A stretch of DNA of 16,183 bases from Candidatus Hadarchaeota archaeon (GCA_964452145.1 CAYVLA010000073.1:1-16183); one strand, 5' to 3'. Numbered from the stretch's first letter, positions 5,197 through 14,540 are shown. The notes: a model not told the origin generated them from the sequence alone. A program made the numbers and translations.

Positions 5197-7314
5197 ATGA
5201 CGGGCAGGGAACTTGAGGCAAGGTTCGGGGAGCTTCGCCTGAAGACCCAGGGGCTCGCAGCTCTCATCGAGGAGGCCGAAAAGCGGGGCCTGGACGCGGC
5301 CTATCAGAGGGTTTCCCTGGCCATCGGCCGGGACTTCATCGAATACGGGCTGGAGGATCTTGCAAGAGGCGAGATTGCCAGATCGGAGGTAGCGGCCGAC
5401 GAGCTGGGCCAGGTCCTCGGTGAGGCCAGCCATGAGATGGAGCGGATGCTGACGGACAACCTCAAGCCACCTCCTGTCCCCAGGTTCGTGACATCGAAGA
5501 TCCAGATCAGGGACGGATCCTTCGTGGCACAGAGGAGGTGGCCTGATTCCAAAGCCGAGAACTCAACCATCATCTTCACCGGCTACGGGCACTTCGACCA
5601 GGTCAGGCGGGACCTGCTCAAGTTCCGGGACTACGGCGTCAACCTGATTCAGATCGAGATCGGACCCAGCTCCACCGTGGTGGGACCCGATCAGGTACGA
5701 ATCGATGCCCTGGAGCCCGTCGCAGAGGTCTTCGATCGGGCCGCCCGGTGCGATGTCTCGATCTGCCTTTTGATCTCGCCCCACTACTTCCCCGATTGGG
5801 CTTTGCAGAGGTATCCCCATCTCGCCAGATGCGAGGGGGGATTCATCAAGTTCTGCATAGATGCGCCCGAGGCCAGGGAGATCGTGTCCAGACACATAAG
5901 AGCCGTGATCCAGAGGCTGAAGGACAGCCCCGCCCTCCACAGCATCTGCCTGACCAATGAACCCATCTACAGGACCTGCCGAGAAGACGCCTACACCAAG
6001 GTCCTTTGGGCCGGCCATCTGGAGAGCAAGTTCGATGGCAACCTCCAGCGGGCCAGGGCCGTTCTCCGCACCGACGCCCCAGACTTCGGGTCCTTCCCCA
6101 TCCCCGACTGGCGAAAGGTCGAGCCAACACCCCTCTACTACGAGTGGTGCACCTTCAACCAGGAAAGATTCGCAGGCTGGCACCGGTGGATGGCAGACAT
6201 CGTCCATGCGATCTCACCCGAACTCCCCGTTCACGCCAAGATAATGCCAACGGTCCTGGAGAGGAGGAACGTGGCCCTGGGCGTCGATCCGTTGCTCTTC
6301 TGCACCCTCTCACAGATAAACGGCAATGACTGCTGGTGCATGTACAACCACGGGGAGGGAATCTATGCCCACGACTGGCTGACCCAGAACATCTTCTGCG
6401 ACCTCCTCAGGTCCTTCGCGCCCAACCCGATCTTCAACAGCGAGAACCACATCATAAAGGACAGGGAGAGGGCCAGAATCCCGTGGCAACATGTGAGAAC
6501 GGCGCTTTGGCAGGGGGCAGTCCACGGCCAATCGGCCACCACGATCTGGGTCTGGGAGAGAACCTTTGACGAGAAAGGCGATTTTGCCGGCTCCATCATG
6601 CATCGACCGCTCTGTGTGAAGGCGGTTGGGGACGTCTCCCTGGACCTGATGCGCTTCTCCGAGGAGGTCTCTGCCCTTCAGAGGGCGAGGCCGAGCGTCG
6701 GCATCGTCTACTCCATGGCTGCCATAGTCTACGACGACAACTACCTCACGGATCTGAAGAAGGCATACGAGGCACTCAACTTCACGGGAAGCAGGATCAG
6801 CTTCGTTCCCCCAGCCCGGATCTCGGGTTTCCCGGTTCAGGAACCGATCATTGTGACAGGCGCCGCTCACCTTGAGAGAAGCGGCATCGAGGGGTTGGCA
6901 CAGTTCGGGGCCAATGGCGGAAGGGTCGTACTCGTTGGCGAGAATTGTCTCCGAAGGGATGAATACGACCAACCAATTGTTGCTCAGAGGTCTGCCCGCA
7001 CGGTCGTTCTTCCCTCCAGCCTGAAGGTCGAAGAGCTGAGATCGGCCCTGCTCCCCTTCCTACGACCCGTCCCGGTCAGGCCGCTTGATCCCAGCGGGGA
7101 ACTTGCCTGGGGCGTGGAATGGCAATGTGCCCGCCTGGGCGCGCGATCGATCCTCAACGCAGTTAACCTGCTGCAGGATGAGATCGAGGTCAGATGGGTT
7201 GGTGCGAACGGCGGCGCCCTGCGGCTCACCGATCTCTTCGACGGCACGATCGCATCCGAATCCTATCTACGGCCTCTTGAGCCAATGCTAGCGGATGTCG
7301 AGATGCCGGCCTGA
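5197..7314 (+). CDS. GH42-like (clan GH-A) glycoside hydrolase / beta-galactosidase-like protein
   Basis: 705 aa. Motifs include PHYFPDWALQRYP, acid/base SICLTNEP, the ADIVHAISPELPVH segment and candidate nucleophile NSENH. A C-terminal Rossmann-like domain (VGIVYS, GGRVVLVG) resembles the GH42 trimerisation domain. The substrate cannot be determined. Confidence 0.75.
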   Translation: MTGRELEARFGELRLKTQGLAALIEEAEKRGLDAAYQRVSLAIGRDFIEYGLEDLARGEIARSEVAADELGQVLGEASHEMERMLTDNLKPPPVPRFVTSKIQIRDGSFVAQRRWPDSKAENSTIIFTGYGHFDQVRRDLLKFRDYGVNLIQIEIGPSSTVVGPDQVRIDALEPVAEVFDRAARCDVSICLLISPHYFPDWALQRYPHLARCEGGFIKFCIDAPEAREIVSRHIRAVIQRLKDSPALHSICLTNEPIYRTCREDAYTKVLWAGHLESKFDGNLQRARAVLRTDAPDFGSFPIPDWRKVEPTPLYYEWCTFNQERFAGWHRWMADIVHAISPELPVHAKIMPTVLERRNVALGVDPLLFCTLSQINGNDCWCMYNHGEGIYAHDWLTQNIFCDLLRSFAPNPIFNSENHIIKDRERARIPWQHVRTALWQGAVHGQSATTIWVWERTFDEKGDFAGSIMHRPLCVKAVGDVSLDLMRFSEEVSALQRARPSVGIVYSMAAIVYDDNYLTDLKKAYEALNFTGSRISFVPPARISGFPVQEPIIVTGAAHLERSGIEGLAQFGANGGRVVLVGENCLRRDEYDQPIVAQRSARTVVLPSSLKVEELRSALLPFLRPVPVRPLDPSGELAWGVEWQCARLGARSILNAVNLLQDEIEVRWVGANGGALRLTDLFDGTIASESYLRPLEPMLADVEMPA

Positions 7315-8172
7315 GCCCAGCATGGTGAGGTATACTCCCGCCAGAACCAGAGGCGCGCCGACCATGATGGTCCAACGGGGGACCTCCCCGAGAACGAGAA
7401 AAGCAAGAGCCGACGAGAACACGGGCTCGCCCAGCGTCGAAACCGCAATCACGTTGGCCCGCAGGTACCTGAGAAGGTAGTTGTACAGGGTGTGTCCCAT
7501 GTGGCTCGGCACGATCCCGAGGGCAAGGAACAGGCCATAGTCTCTTGCCGGAAGACCCAGCATTTGGGACCCGGAGAGAACGCAGAGAACTGTCAGCTCC
7601 AAGGCGGCAATTGTGTAGACCCAGAACGCGTAGCTCACGAGGGACAGCCTCCGGCGAAGCCTCCTGCCTCCGAGGATGTACCCCGCCACGGCCATCGCTC
7701 CAAGAAGAGCCATCGTTGCGCCCCGCATATCGCCCGACACCCGCCCTCCGGGTAGGAAGACAACGGCTGCTCCGGCCAGGGCCACCACAATCCCCACGGC
7801 CTCCCAACCCCCGGTGCCCTCACCAGCAATGGACCTGCCGAACAAGGCTACAAAGACGGGGGAGGTCGAAACCAGAAGCACCGAAGCCGCCACCGTCGTG
7901 TCGTAGAGGGAGGCGATCCACAGACCGAAGTGGGCCGCAAGACAGGAGCCTATCCCAAGCAGGGCCAAGGCCTCCCTCCCTGAGATCCGAGTCAGATCCC
8001 TCCGCTTGAGAAGGGCGAAAGGCACCAAGACCAAGACTGCGAATAGAAGCCTGAAGGCCGCAACGGGGAGAGGGTCCGCTGAGCTGAGGCGGATGAGCAC
8101 CGCCGCCGTGGAAACCGACGCGACACTGAGGGCAAGCCCGGCCTTCGGATCAAGGGCTGGAGTTCCCTCCAT
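7288..8172 (-). CDS. DMT/EamA family transporter
   Basis: About 10 hydrophobic segments in two repeats, with motifs VAAFRL, SLYDTTVAASVLLVSTSPVFV, GHTLYN and LGEPVFS. Start ATG 8172 is chosen from the promoter position (ORF open to 8211). Confidence 0.92.
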   Translation of the reverse strand: MEGTPALDPKAGLALSVASVSTAAVLIRLSSADPLPVAAFRLLFAVLVLVPFALLKRRDLTRISGREALALLGIGSCLAAHFGLWIASLYDTTVAASVLLVSTSPVFVALFGRSIAGEGTGGWEAVGIVVALAGAAVVFLPGGRVSGDMRGATMALLGAMAVAGYILGGRRLRRRLSLVSYAFWVYTIAALELTVLCVLSGSQMLGLPARDYGLFLALGIVPSHMGHTLYNYLLRYLRANVIAVSTLGEPVFSSALAFLVLGEVPRWTIMVGAPLVLAGVYLTMLGSGRHLDIR

Positions 8173-8194
8173 GGAGCCCGCCTGTCCCCATGAG

Positions 8195-8209
8195 GATAAA
8201 ACCTCTTTC
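8195..8209 (-). promoter_or_regulatory. BRE/TATA promoter of the EamA gene
   Basis: The minus strand reads GAAAGAGG-TTTTATC, ending 23 nt before ATG 8172 (leaderless geometry). Confidence 0.55.
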
Positions 8210-8262
8210 ATTCATCATTCATCCGTGCCGGTTTTCCGCCTTGTTTCACGTGAACAGATAGG

Positions 8263-8271
8263 TTTATATAT
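8263..8271 (+). promoter_or_regulatory. TATA box of the hsp20 heat-shock promoter
   Basis: TTTATATAT is a strong consensus match. A Shine-Dalgarno GAGGTGA lies at 8332-8338. Confidence 0.8.
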
Positions 8272-8277
8272 CCCTTG

Positions 8278-8304
8278 AAGGTTAATAACCTTAGGTTGAT
8301 AACC
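8278..8304. promoter_or_regulatory. Heat-shock repressor (Phr/HSR1-type) operator candidate
   Basis: AAGGTTAATAACCTTAGGTTGATAACC contains a perfect palindrome (8278-8292) and a TAAC-N5-GTT core. It lies just downstream of TATA, over the expected transcription start. Confidence 0.7.
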
Positions 8305-8344
8305 CGGCAGTGGTCGGGCAACCGTGAGCAAGAGGTGATATGAG

Positions 8345-8935
8345 ATGTCGTGGTGGGACAGGAGAAGGCGAGCGCGCAGGCTCGACCCGTTCGATGTGTT
8401 TGACGACGAGTTCTTCGGAAGTGACTCATTCGGCGGTCGCTTCTTCAGGGATTTCGATGAGAGCATCCGGCAGATGAGAGAGGAGATGAACCGGCTATAC
8501 GAGAAGGCGAGGAGCGGAGAACTGGAGAGCCCCGAGAAGGGTGGCCCCTACGTCTACGGCTGGTCCTTCAGAATGGGTCCGGACGGAGTCCCTCACCTAG
8601 AGGAATTCGGGAACATCAAGGGGCTGGCTACCGGGACAAGGGAGGGCCTGCCAGCCGGCAGGGAGCCTTTGGTGGACGTTCGGGAGACCAACGATCAGGT
8701 GATCGTTACGGCCGAGCTGCCCGGAGTCGAAAAGAAGGACATCGATCTGGAGACCACCGAGAAGAATCTCGGCATAAGGGTTGATACCGAGAATAGGAGT
8801 TACTACAAGAACGTGGAGCTGCCCACAACCGTCAGAGCCGAATCCGCCAAGGCCGCCTACAATAACGGGGTCCTCGAGGTCGTCCTCGACAAGACCAGCC
8901 CAGAGGTCAAGGGAAAGAAGATCAAGATAGAGTAG
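8345..8935 (+). CDS. hsp20: Archaeal small heat-shock protein Hsp20 (alpha-crystallin)
   Basis: Motifs GPYVYGWSFRMGPDG...EEFGN, REPLVDV, AELPGVEKKDI and AAYNNGVLEV, with a C-terminal IxI motif (KIKIE). Confidence 0.96.
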   Translation: MSWWDRRRRARRLDPFDVFDDEFFGSDSFGGRFFRDFDESIRQMREEMNRLYEKARSGELESPEKGGPYVYGWSFRMGPDGVPHLEEFGNIKGLATGTREGLPAGREPLVDVRETNDQVIVTAELPGVEKKDIDLETTEKNLGIRVDTENRSYYKNVELPTTVRAESAKAAYNNGVLEVVLDKTSPEVKGKKIKIE

Positions 8936-8945
8936 GTGTGCAAGG

Positions 8946-8977
8946 GCCCCCTTCAGCGAAGGGGCTCCCTCTTTCTT
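8946..8977 (+). terminator. Hairpin plus pyrimidine tract between hsp20 and the regulator
   Basis: Stem CCCCTTC (8948-8954) / GAAGGGG (8958-8964), followed by CTCCCTCTTTCTT. Confidence 0.5.
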
Positions 8978-8984
8978 GGGGCGG

Positions 8985-9623
8985 GTGAGCTTGGAGAACA
9001 TAGACGACTTGTTGATGTTGTTGGAGAACCCAACACGCAGAGAGATCCTCAGACGCCTGACGATGGAGACCCACTATCCTCTACAGCTGGCCAAGGAGCT
9101 GAAGCTCAGCCCGCAAGCAGTGATGAAGCATCTGGATCTACTCGAGAGACACGGAATGGTGCGTTGTTCGCGCACACAGAGCAGGACGGGTCCCACGCGG
9201 AAGTGCTACGTGGCAACGAAGAGCTTGTCACTCCGATTGGAGGTCACCCCCCATCTCTTGGAGGTCAGGGTCGACGAGCTTCCCGGGGCCGAGAGGACGG
9301 AGGACAAGGTTAACGTTGCGCAGGAGTCATTCGACATCTTCGGCAGCTTCGCTAGCATCAGAGATCGATTGAGGGAGATCAACAATGAGATCTCGGCTCT
9401 GGAGACGCGGTTGTTGGAGCTTCTGTGGTCAAGGGACAGGCAGCTCTCGAGGGCGAGCCGGATGATATTGGAATTGTCGGATTCCTACGAGGAGAGGGGC
9501 ATCATGCACTATCTTCTGACACACGATGATCCGGAGATCTCAGACATCTCAAGGAGCCTCGGTCTGAGGGAGGAGGTGCTGAGGGATGCACTATTGAGGC
9601 TCCAGAGAAAAAGGCTGATTTGA
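8985..9623 (+). CDS. ArsR-type winged-helix heat-shock transcriptional regulator (Phr/HSR1-like)
   Basis: An N-terminal wHTH ([13 protein letters not shown]...[24 protein letters not shown]...GPTRKCY) is followed by a coiled coil and a second HTH-like segment. It lies between hsp20 and cdc48. The start is uncertain (8976, 8985 or 8991). Confidence 0.85.
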   Translation: MSLENIDDLLMLLENPTRREILRRLTMETHYPLQLAKELKLSPQAVMKHLDLLERHGMVRCSRTQSRTGPTRKCYVATKSLSLRLEVTPHLLEVRVDELPGAERTEDKVNVAQESFDIFGSFASIRDRLREINNEISALETRLLELLWSRDRQLSRASRMILELSDSYEERGIMHYLLTHDDPEISDISRSLGLREEVLRDALLRLQRKRLI

Positions 9624-9639
9624 TGGGAGGAAGACGAAC

Positions 9640-11883
9640 ATGGTCCAACCACAGAAATCCGCGTTCTTGAGGGTTGCGGAGGCACGGCACAAGGACGTGG
9701 GAAGGGGCATAGCTAGGATCGATCCCCAGGTTGCCGGGACTTTGGACATCGCCTCCGGCGACGTCATCTCGGTGGAAGGAAAGAGAACCACGGTCGCCAT
9801 CTCTTGGCCGGGGTATATGGAGGACATAGGCACCGGCACCATTAGGATAGATCCAACTACCCGACGCAACGCGGGGGTGAGCATAGACGACAAGGTGACC
9901 GTTAGGGTGACCGAGGCCCGTGAAGCGGAGTCCGTCAGCATGGCCCCGACGGAGCCGCTCAGAATCGGGAACGCCGAGCCCTATATCGCCCGGTTGCTGG
10001 AGGGCCGGGTCGTCACGAAGGGAGACATCATCGAGCTGAACATAATGGGTTACAAGATCGATCTGGTCATCACGGCTTACAGGCCCAGCGCCCCTGCCGT
10101 CCTCCTTACGGGGAACACCAGCGTTACCCTCAGCGAGAAGCCCGCACCACAGGCAGGCGGAGAGATTCCGAGGATTACATACGAGGACATCGGGGGACTC
10201 GGCGACGAGATCCAGAAGGTCCGCGAGATGATCGAGCTACCCCTGAGGCATCCCGAGCTATTCGAAAAACTTGGGGTCGAAGCGCCCAAGGGGGTTCTGC
10301 TTCACGGCCCGCCGGGAACCGGGAAGACCCTTCTAGCCAAGGCGGTGGCCGGGGAGACCAGCGCCAACTTCTTCAGCCTCAGTGGACCCGAGATAATGAG
10401 CAAGTACTACGGACAGAGCGAGGAGAACGTCAGGGAGATCTTCAAACAGGCTCAGGAGAACGCCCCCAGCATATTCTTCATCGATGAGATCGACTCCATC
10501 GCGCCCAAGAGGGAGGAGGTCACCGGAGAGGTCGAGCGAAGGGTGGTCGCCCAGCTTCTGGCCCTGATGGATGGCCTCACTGCCAGAGGCAAGGTCGTGG
10601 TGATAGGTGCCACCAACAGGCCGAACGCTCTTGATCCGGCCCTGAGGAGGCCCGGGAGGTTTGACAGGGAGATAGAGATCGGTATCCCGGATCGGAAGGG
10701 CAGACACGAGATCCTCATGATCCACACGCGCGGGATGCCCCTGGAAGGAGTGGATCTGCAGGAGATGGCCAATCTGACCCATGGATTCACGGGCGCCGAC
10801 CTCGCCGCTCTGACGAAGGAGGCCGCCATGCGAGCTATGAGGAAGGTCCTGCCCAGGATCGATCTTGAGGCGGACAGCATACCGGCCGAGATCCTGAACA
10901 GCCTGAAGGTCACAAAGGACGACTTCTTCTGCGCCCTCCGGGAGATGGAGCCCTCGGCGCTCCGGGAGGTCCTGGTGGAAAGCCCAAACGTCCACTGGGA
11001 AGACATCGGCGGCCTCGCCGATGTCAAGCAGGAGCTCAGAGAATCGGTGGAGTGGCCTCTGAAGTACGGAGATCTCTTCCAGCATATGAACGCAAAGGCC
11101 CCGAAGGGGATCCTGCTCTACGGTCCCCCGGGGACAGGCAAGACCCTGCTGGCCAAGGCCGTTGCCACCGAGAGCGAGTCCAACTTCATAAGCGTCAAGG
11201 GACCGGAGTTTCTCTCCAAGTGGGTTGGGGAGAGCGAGAAGGCTGTTAGGGAGACCTTCAGGAAGGCCAAGCTCGCGGCCCCGTGCATAATATTCTTCGA
11301 CGAGGTGGACTCCGTGGTCCCGACCCGCGGGTCCATGCTTGGCGACTCCCACGTCACGGAGAGGGTGATAAGCCAGTTCCTCACCGAGATCGATGGACTG
11401 GAGGACCTCAACGATGTCACGGTGATCGCGGCGAGCAATCGACCAGACATCATAGATCCGGCTCTGCTCAGACCCGGGAGATTCGATCGCACCATCTACA
11501 TACCGCCCCCCGATAGGGAGGCCAGGCTCCAGATATTCAGGATACATACGAAGGGCAAGCCGCTTGCTTCCGATGTGGACCTGGGCAAGCTCGCCGATAG
11601 GACGGCGAACTTCACCGGGGCGGACATTGCCGCTGTGTGCAATGAGGCGGTGATGTTGGCCATCAGGGACTACGTCTTGAAAGGGGGCAAGATGGACAAG
11701 GATGATCTCGCCAAGAGCCAGGTAAGCGCCGATCACTTCGAGAGGGCCATGGCCAGGATCCAGCCGATGTCCTCCGACGAGCTTCAGAGCTTCATGAACA
11801 TCTCCAGGAGGTTCAGGAGAACGGGCATGGACGCTACCAAGGGACGCGGGGACGAGAGAGCGGAGCCCCTCTCCTATCTGTAG
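9640..11883 (+). CDS. cdc48: CDC48/VCP (VAT) family AAA+ ATPase
   Basis: N domain ([10 protein letters not shown]) and two AAA modules with Walker A GPPGTGKT, Walker B FIDE/FFDE, SRH motifs (RPGRFDR) and pore loops KYYG/KWVG. Shine-Dalgarno GGGAGG at 9625-9630. Confidence 0.98.
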   Translation: MVQPQKSAFLRVAEARHKDVGRGIARIDPQVAGTLDIASGDVISVEGKRTTVAISWPGYMEDIGTGTIRIDPTTRRNAGVSIDDKVTVRVTEAREAESVSMAPTEPLRIGNAEPYIARLLEGRVVTKGDIIELNIMGYKIDLVITAYRPSAPAVLLTGNTSVTLSEKPAPQAGGEIPRITYEDIGGLGDEIQKVREMIELPLRHPELFEKLGVEAPKGVLLHGPPGTGKTLLAKAVAGETSANFFSLSGPEIMSKYYGQSEENVREIFKQAQENAPSIFFIDEIDSIAPKREEVTGEVERRVVAQLLALMDGLTARGKVVVIGATNRPNALDPALRRPGRFDREIEIGIPDRKGRHEILMIHTRGMPLEGVDLQEMANLTHGFTGADLAALTKEAAMRAMRKVLPRIDLEADSIPAEILNSLKVTKDDFFCALREMEPSALREVLVESPNVHWEDIGGLADVKQELRESVEWPLKYGDLFQHMNAKAPKGILLYGPPGTGKTLLAKAVATESESNFISVKGPEFLSKWVGESEKAVRETFRKAKLAAPCIIFFDEVDSVVPTRGSMLGDSHVTERVISQFLTEIDGLEDLNDVTVIAASNRPDIIDPALLRPGRFDRTIYIPPPDREARLQIFRIHTKGKPLASDVDLGKLADRTANFTGADIAAVCNEAVMLAIRDYVLKGGKMDKDDLAKSQVSADHFERAMARIQPMSSDELQSFMNISRRFRRTGMDATKGRGDERAEPLSYL

Positions 11884-11898
11884 ACAAACCCGTTGATC

Positions 11899-11926
11899 GA
11901 GCCCGGTTCCCTTTTCTGCCGGGCTC
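11899..11926 (+). terminator. Putative terminator of the heat-shock cluster
   Basis: An 8-bp stem GAGCCCGG/CCGGGCTC encloses the pyrimidine tract TTCCCTTTTCT, 15 nt after the cdc48 stop. Confidence 0.5.
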
Positions 11927-12074
11927 TTCCCCTGCTTGGCGTCAGTTTCGCTAGATGGCGGCCCCCGGGCCTGAGCGATGAATCGGGCGAGTCGGCGGCC
12001 GGAAGGCACGTGATTGGGCGGCAGAGTGGAATGCGCCAGGGACACTTTTCAAGCGCCAAACCCCCATCTAATGC

Positions 12075-13292
12075 ATGGGCGCTCTGATCCCGAGGGCTAC
12101 CCTGGCCCTTCCATTGTCGGTGATTTGCCTGACAGTTGTCTGCGCCGATCAGAGGATCTCGGTTCTCTACACGGGCGATCCCTATCCGGGCGTGACGCCC
12201 TACATTCACATGAAGGTCGAGCCCCTGCTCCGAGTGACCCCGATCCAGGCATCAAGGGACCACTACGCAGGCATATCCCAGAAGGACATCCTCCGCGCCA
12301 TCCGGGTGTACATGCCCAGGAGTTACGGTTCTCTCATCGAAGGTTACCACATCGTCATAATCAGTGACTCCAACGCGGCAAGTTTCCTGCCCGAACAACT
12401 CAGATGGTTCAAGCGCGGAATCGAGGAGGATGAGATCGGCCTGATCATGATCGGGGGCCATGAGACGTTCGGCACCAACGGCCAGCATCCGGATTGGGGG
12501 CTGACTCCGGTCGGGGATGTGCTCCCGGTGGACACGATCAAGGGCGTCTACGACGGCGGACCTACGAGGATCGTGGACATGGAGAATCCCTTCATAAAGA
12601 GTCTTCCCTGGCGCTCCGATCTGGACTTCCTCCGCAACTACGCCTGCAACGTGGTCCAGGCAAGGGGGGGCAGCTCGATTCTTGCGATCAGCCGGATCGA
12701 TCGAGGCAGGTACATCGGATGGGAAAACCCCTTCTTCTCCACGTGGGACTATGCGGGAAAGGGCCGCGTCTTCGCAATGACCGGCGACTGGACCCCAGGC
12801 GGCGGGTGGTTGCTGCTGCAATGGGAATACCTCCCGGATTTCGTCACAAACCTCATGCTCTACTGCACGAAGAGGCAGATGCCCCCCGACCTCAACGTTG
12901 TACACGCAATCAGAACGAAGTTCGCCCAGATGGGCTACCGCAGGATGCTGATAGCCTCGCTGATAGACTTCGTGGAAACCTTTGGGGCGAATCCTCGGAA
13001 GATACTCCTAGTACTGGCGGACTTCGAAGAGGCGCAGTCGACCGCCACCGGCCTGTACATTGATCAGAACTACGATCTGGCTCTGGCGTCCGCCAATGAT
13101 GCCCTAAGTCTCCTAGACGAAGCTGACAGGATGGCGGACAGGGTCAGAAACGAGACCCTTCTTTGGGTATACCTGTCGGAATGGCTGGCAATCAGCGCCA
13201 CCTCCATGATCTGCGGGTTCCTCATCTGGTCACTGATGGTACGCCGCAGGTTCTACAAGGAGATCGCAACGACCAGTTACAGAACCGAGTAG
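12075..13292 (+). CDS. Membrane-anchored protein with a class I glutamine-amidotransferase-like (GATase1_like/DUF1355-type) domain
   Basis: A signal-like leader precedes YHIVIISD...GLIMIGGHETF...WGLTPVGDVLPV...YAGKGRVFA, then a helical stalk, a C-terminal TM segment and an RRR tail. TATA-like CTTTTCAA lies about 30 nt upstream. Confidence 0.65.
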   Translation: MGALIPRATLALPLSVICLTVVCADQRISVLYTGDPYPGVTPYIHMKVEPLLRVTPIQASRDHYAGISQKDILRAIRVYMPRSYGSLIEGYHIVIISDSNAASFLPEQLRWFKRGIEEDEIGLIMIGGHETFGTNGQHPDWGLTPVGDVLPVDTIKGVYDGGPTRIVDMENPFIKSLPWRSDLDFLRNYACNVVQARGGSSILAISRIDRGRYIGWENPFFSTWDYAGKGRVFAMTGDWTPGGGWLLLQWEYLPDFVTNLMLYCTKRQMPPDLNVVHAIRTKFAQMGYRRMLIASLIDFVETFGANPRKILLVLADFEEAQSTATGLYIDQNYDLALASANDALSLLDEADRMADRVRNETLLWVYLSEWLAISATSMICGFLIWSLMVRRRFYKEIATTSYRTE

Positions 13293-13313
13293 CCAGCTTC
13301 GGGACGAATCGAT

Positions 13314-14540
13314 TCATCCTGGGTCCAGCCCCGCCACGGCGCCTTTGAGAAGCCTCAGCGCTGTGCTGCGGTCGCTCCAGTTCACGAAGATCGTTATCTC
13401 GGCCTTGCTCGTCGATACCTCGATGACGTTGACGTTGTTCTCCCCGAGAGGCATCAGGGCCTTCGCCGTGAGCCCGGGGGTGTAGATCAGCTTCCTCCCC
13501 GTTATGGTTATCATGGCACACGGGTCGCTCTTTGTCACGGCCTTGGCCGGGCCCTTTCCCCCTAAGGTCCTGTGAAGCACCTTAACGGCGGCTTCGCCAT
13601 CATGGGAGTCGACGAAGAAGCTTATCGACCAGCTCCCAGTGCTGACGCTGACTATGTTGATGCCGTGTTGAGACAGGGCCTGCGAGAAGCCGGCCAGCAG
13701 CCCCTTGGCCCTGCTCATCTGTTCTCCCACTATCGTAACCGCGCAGACTGGGCGATCATGCATCGTGACGTCCATGCCTGCATCCGTAGAACCCAATATC
13801 TCAGTTCCTCCCGATTCCAGATTTCCCTTGCGGTAGTGTACGACCCTGGCCCTCTGACCGGGCAACTTGTACCTAAGGGCCCTCCATTCCACAACCTGCG
13901 CCCCGGCCACGCTCAGATCCCAGAGCTCCTCGAAGTGAATCGATCTCAGGAGCCTTGCGTCTCTGACAATCCTTGGATCGGCCGACATGACCCCCTCGAC
14001 ATCCGTAACTATTACGACCTCTCCTGCGTTCAGGCAGTGCCCTAGAAGGAACGCCGTCCTGTCGCTCGCTCCCCTGCCGAGAGTCGTCGTCCTGCCCTCC
14101 CGGTCCCTTCCAAGGAAGCCGCAGATGACGGGGACGATTCCTTGCTCAATCATCGGCAGCAAGCTCTCCCGGCACCTTCGTGCCGTCTCTTCCATGTCCA
14201 CGTTCGCCCGGCGGAAGTTGCTGTCGGTCGCTATCGGCCACTCCGGCATGGAGGGGTCCAGGAAAACCGATCTAACGCCTGAGGCCTCCAGCACGCTCCA
14301 GAGAAGCCTGGCACTCAGGCGCTCGCCCATGGAGAGGATTTCGTCCACGGCCCTGTCCGACAGGTCCATCCTCAGTCCGGCGATGAGATCCAGGATCTGG
14401 TCGGTCGTCTGCCCCATGGCCGACACGACTACGGCCAGGTTGTGCCCTTCTCTGACCTCTCTCTCGACCGATCGTGCCGCCTTCCTCAGTCTTGCGGGCG
14501 TGCCGACGCTTGTACCGCCAAACTTGGCGACTTTGATCAC
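13314..14540 (-). CDS. lysC: Aspartate kinase with two C-terminal ACT domains
   Basis: Motifs KFGGTS, VVVSAMGQTTD, SMGERLSA, TTLGRGASD and TDVEGVMSADPR, plus two ACT repeats. GTG start with AAGGAGA upstream. Confidence 0.95.
   Translation of the reverse strand: MIKVAKFGGTSVGTPARLRKAARSVEREVREGHNLAVVVSAMGQTTDQILDLIAGLRMDLSDRAVDEILSMGERLSARLLWSVLEASGVRSVFLDPSMPEWPIATDSNFRRANVDMEETARRCRESLLPMIEQGIVPVICGFLGRDREGRTTTLGRGASDRTAFLLGHCLNAGEVVIVTDVEGVMSADPRIVRDARLLRSIHFEELWDLSVAGAQVVEWRALRYKLPGQRARVVHYRKGNLESGGTEILGSTDAGMDVTMHDRPVCAVTIVGEQMSRAKGLLAGFSQALSQHGINIVSVSTGSWSISFFVDSHDGEAAVKVLHRTLGGKGPAKAVTKSDPCAMITITGRKLIYTPGLTAKALMPLGENNVNVIEVSTSKAEITIFVNWSDRSTALRLLKGAVAGLDPG

Noticed and set aside
11990..12015. 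GCC-GGAA-GGC hairpin resembling SRP RNA helix 8
   Set aside because: It lacks the flanking CAGG/AGCA internal loop, and the intergenic space (~190 nt) is too short for an archaeal SRP RNA.
10333..12045. 570-aa ORF antisense to cdc48
   Set aside because: It is a shadow frame of a GC-rich, well-conserved gene, with no recognisable motifs.
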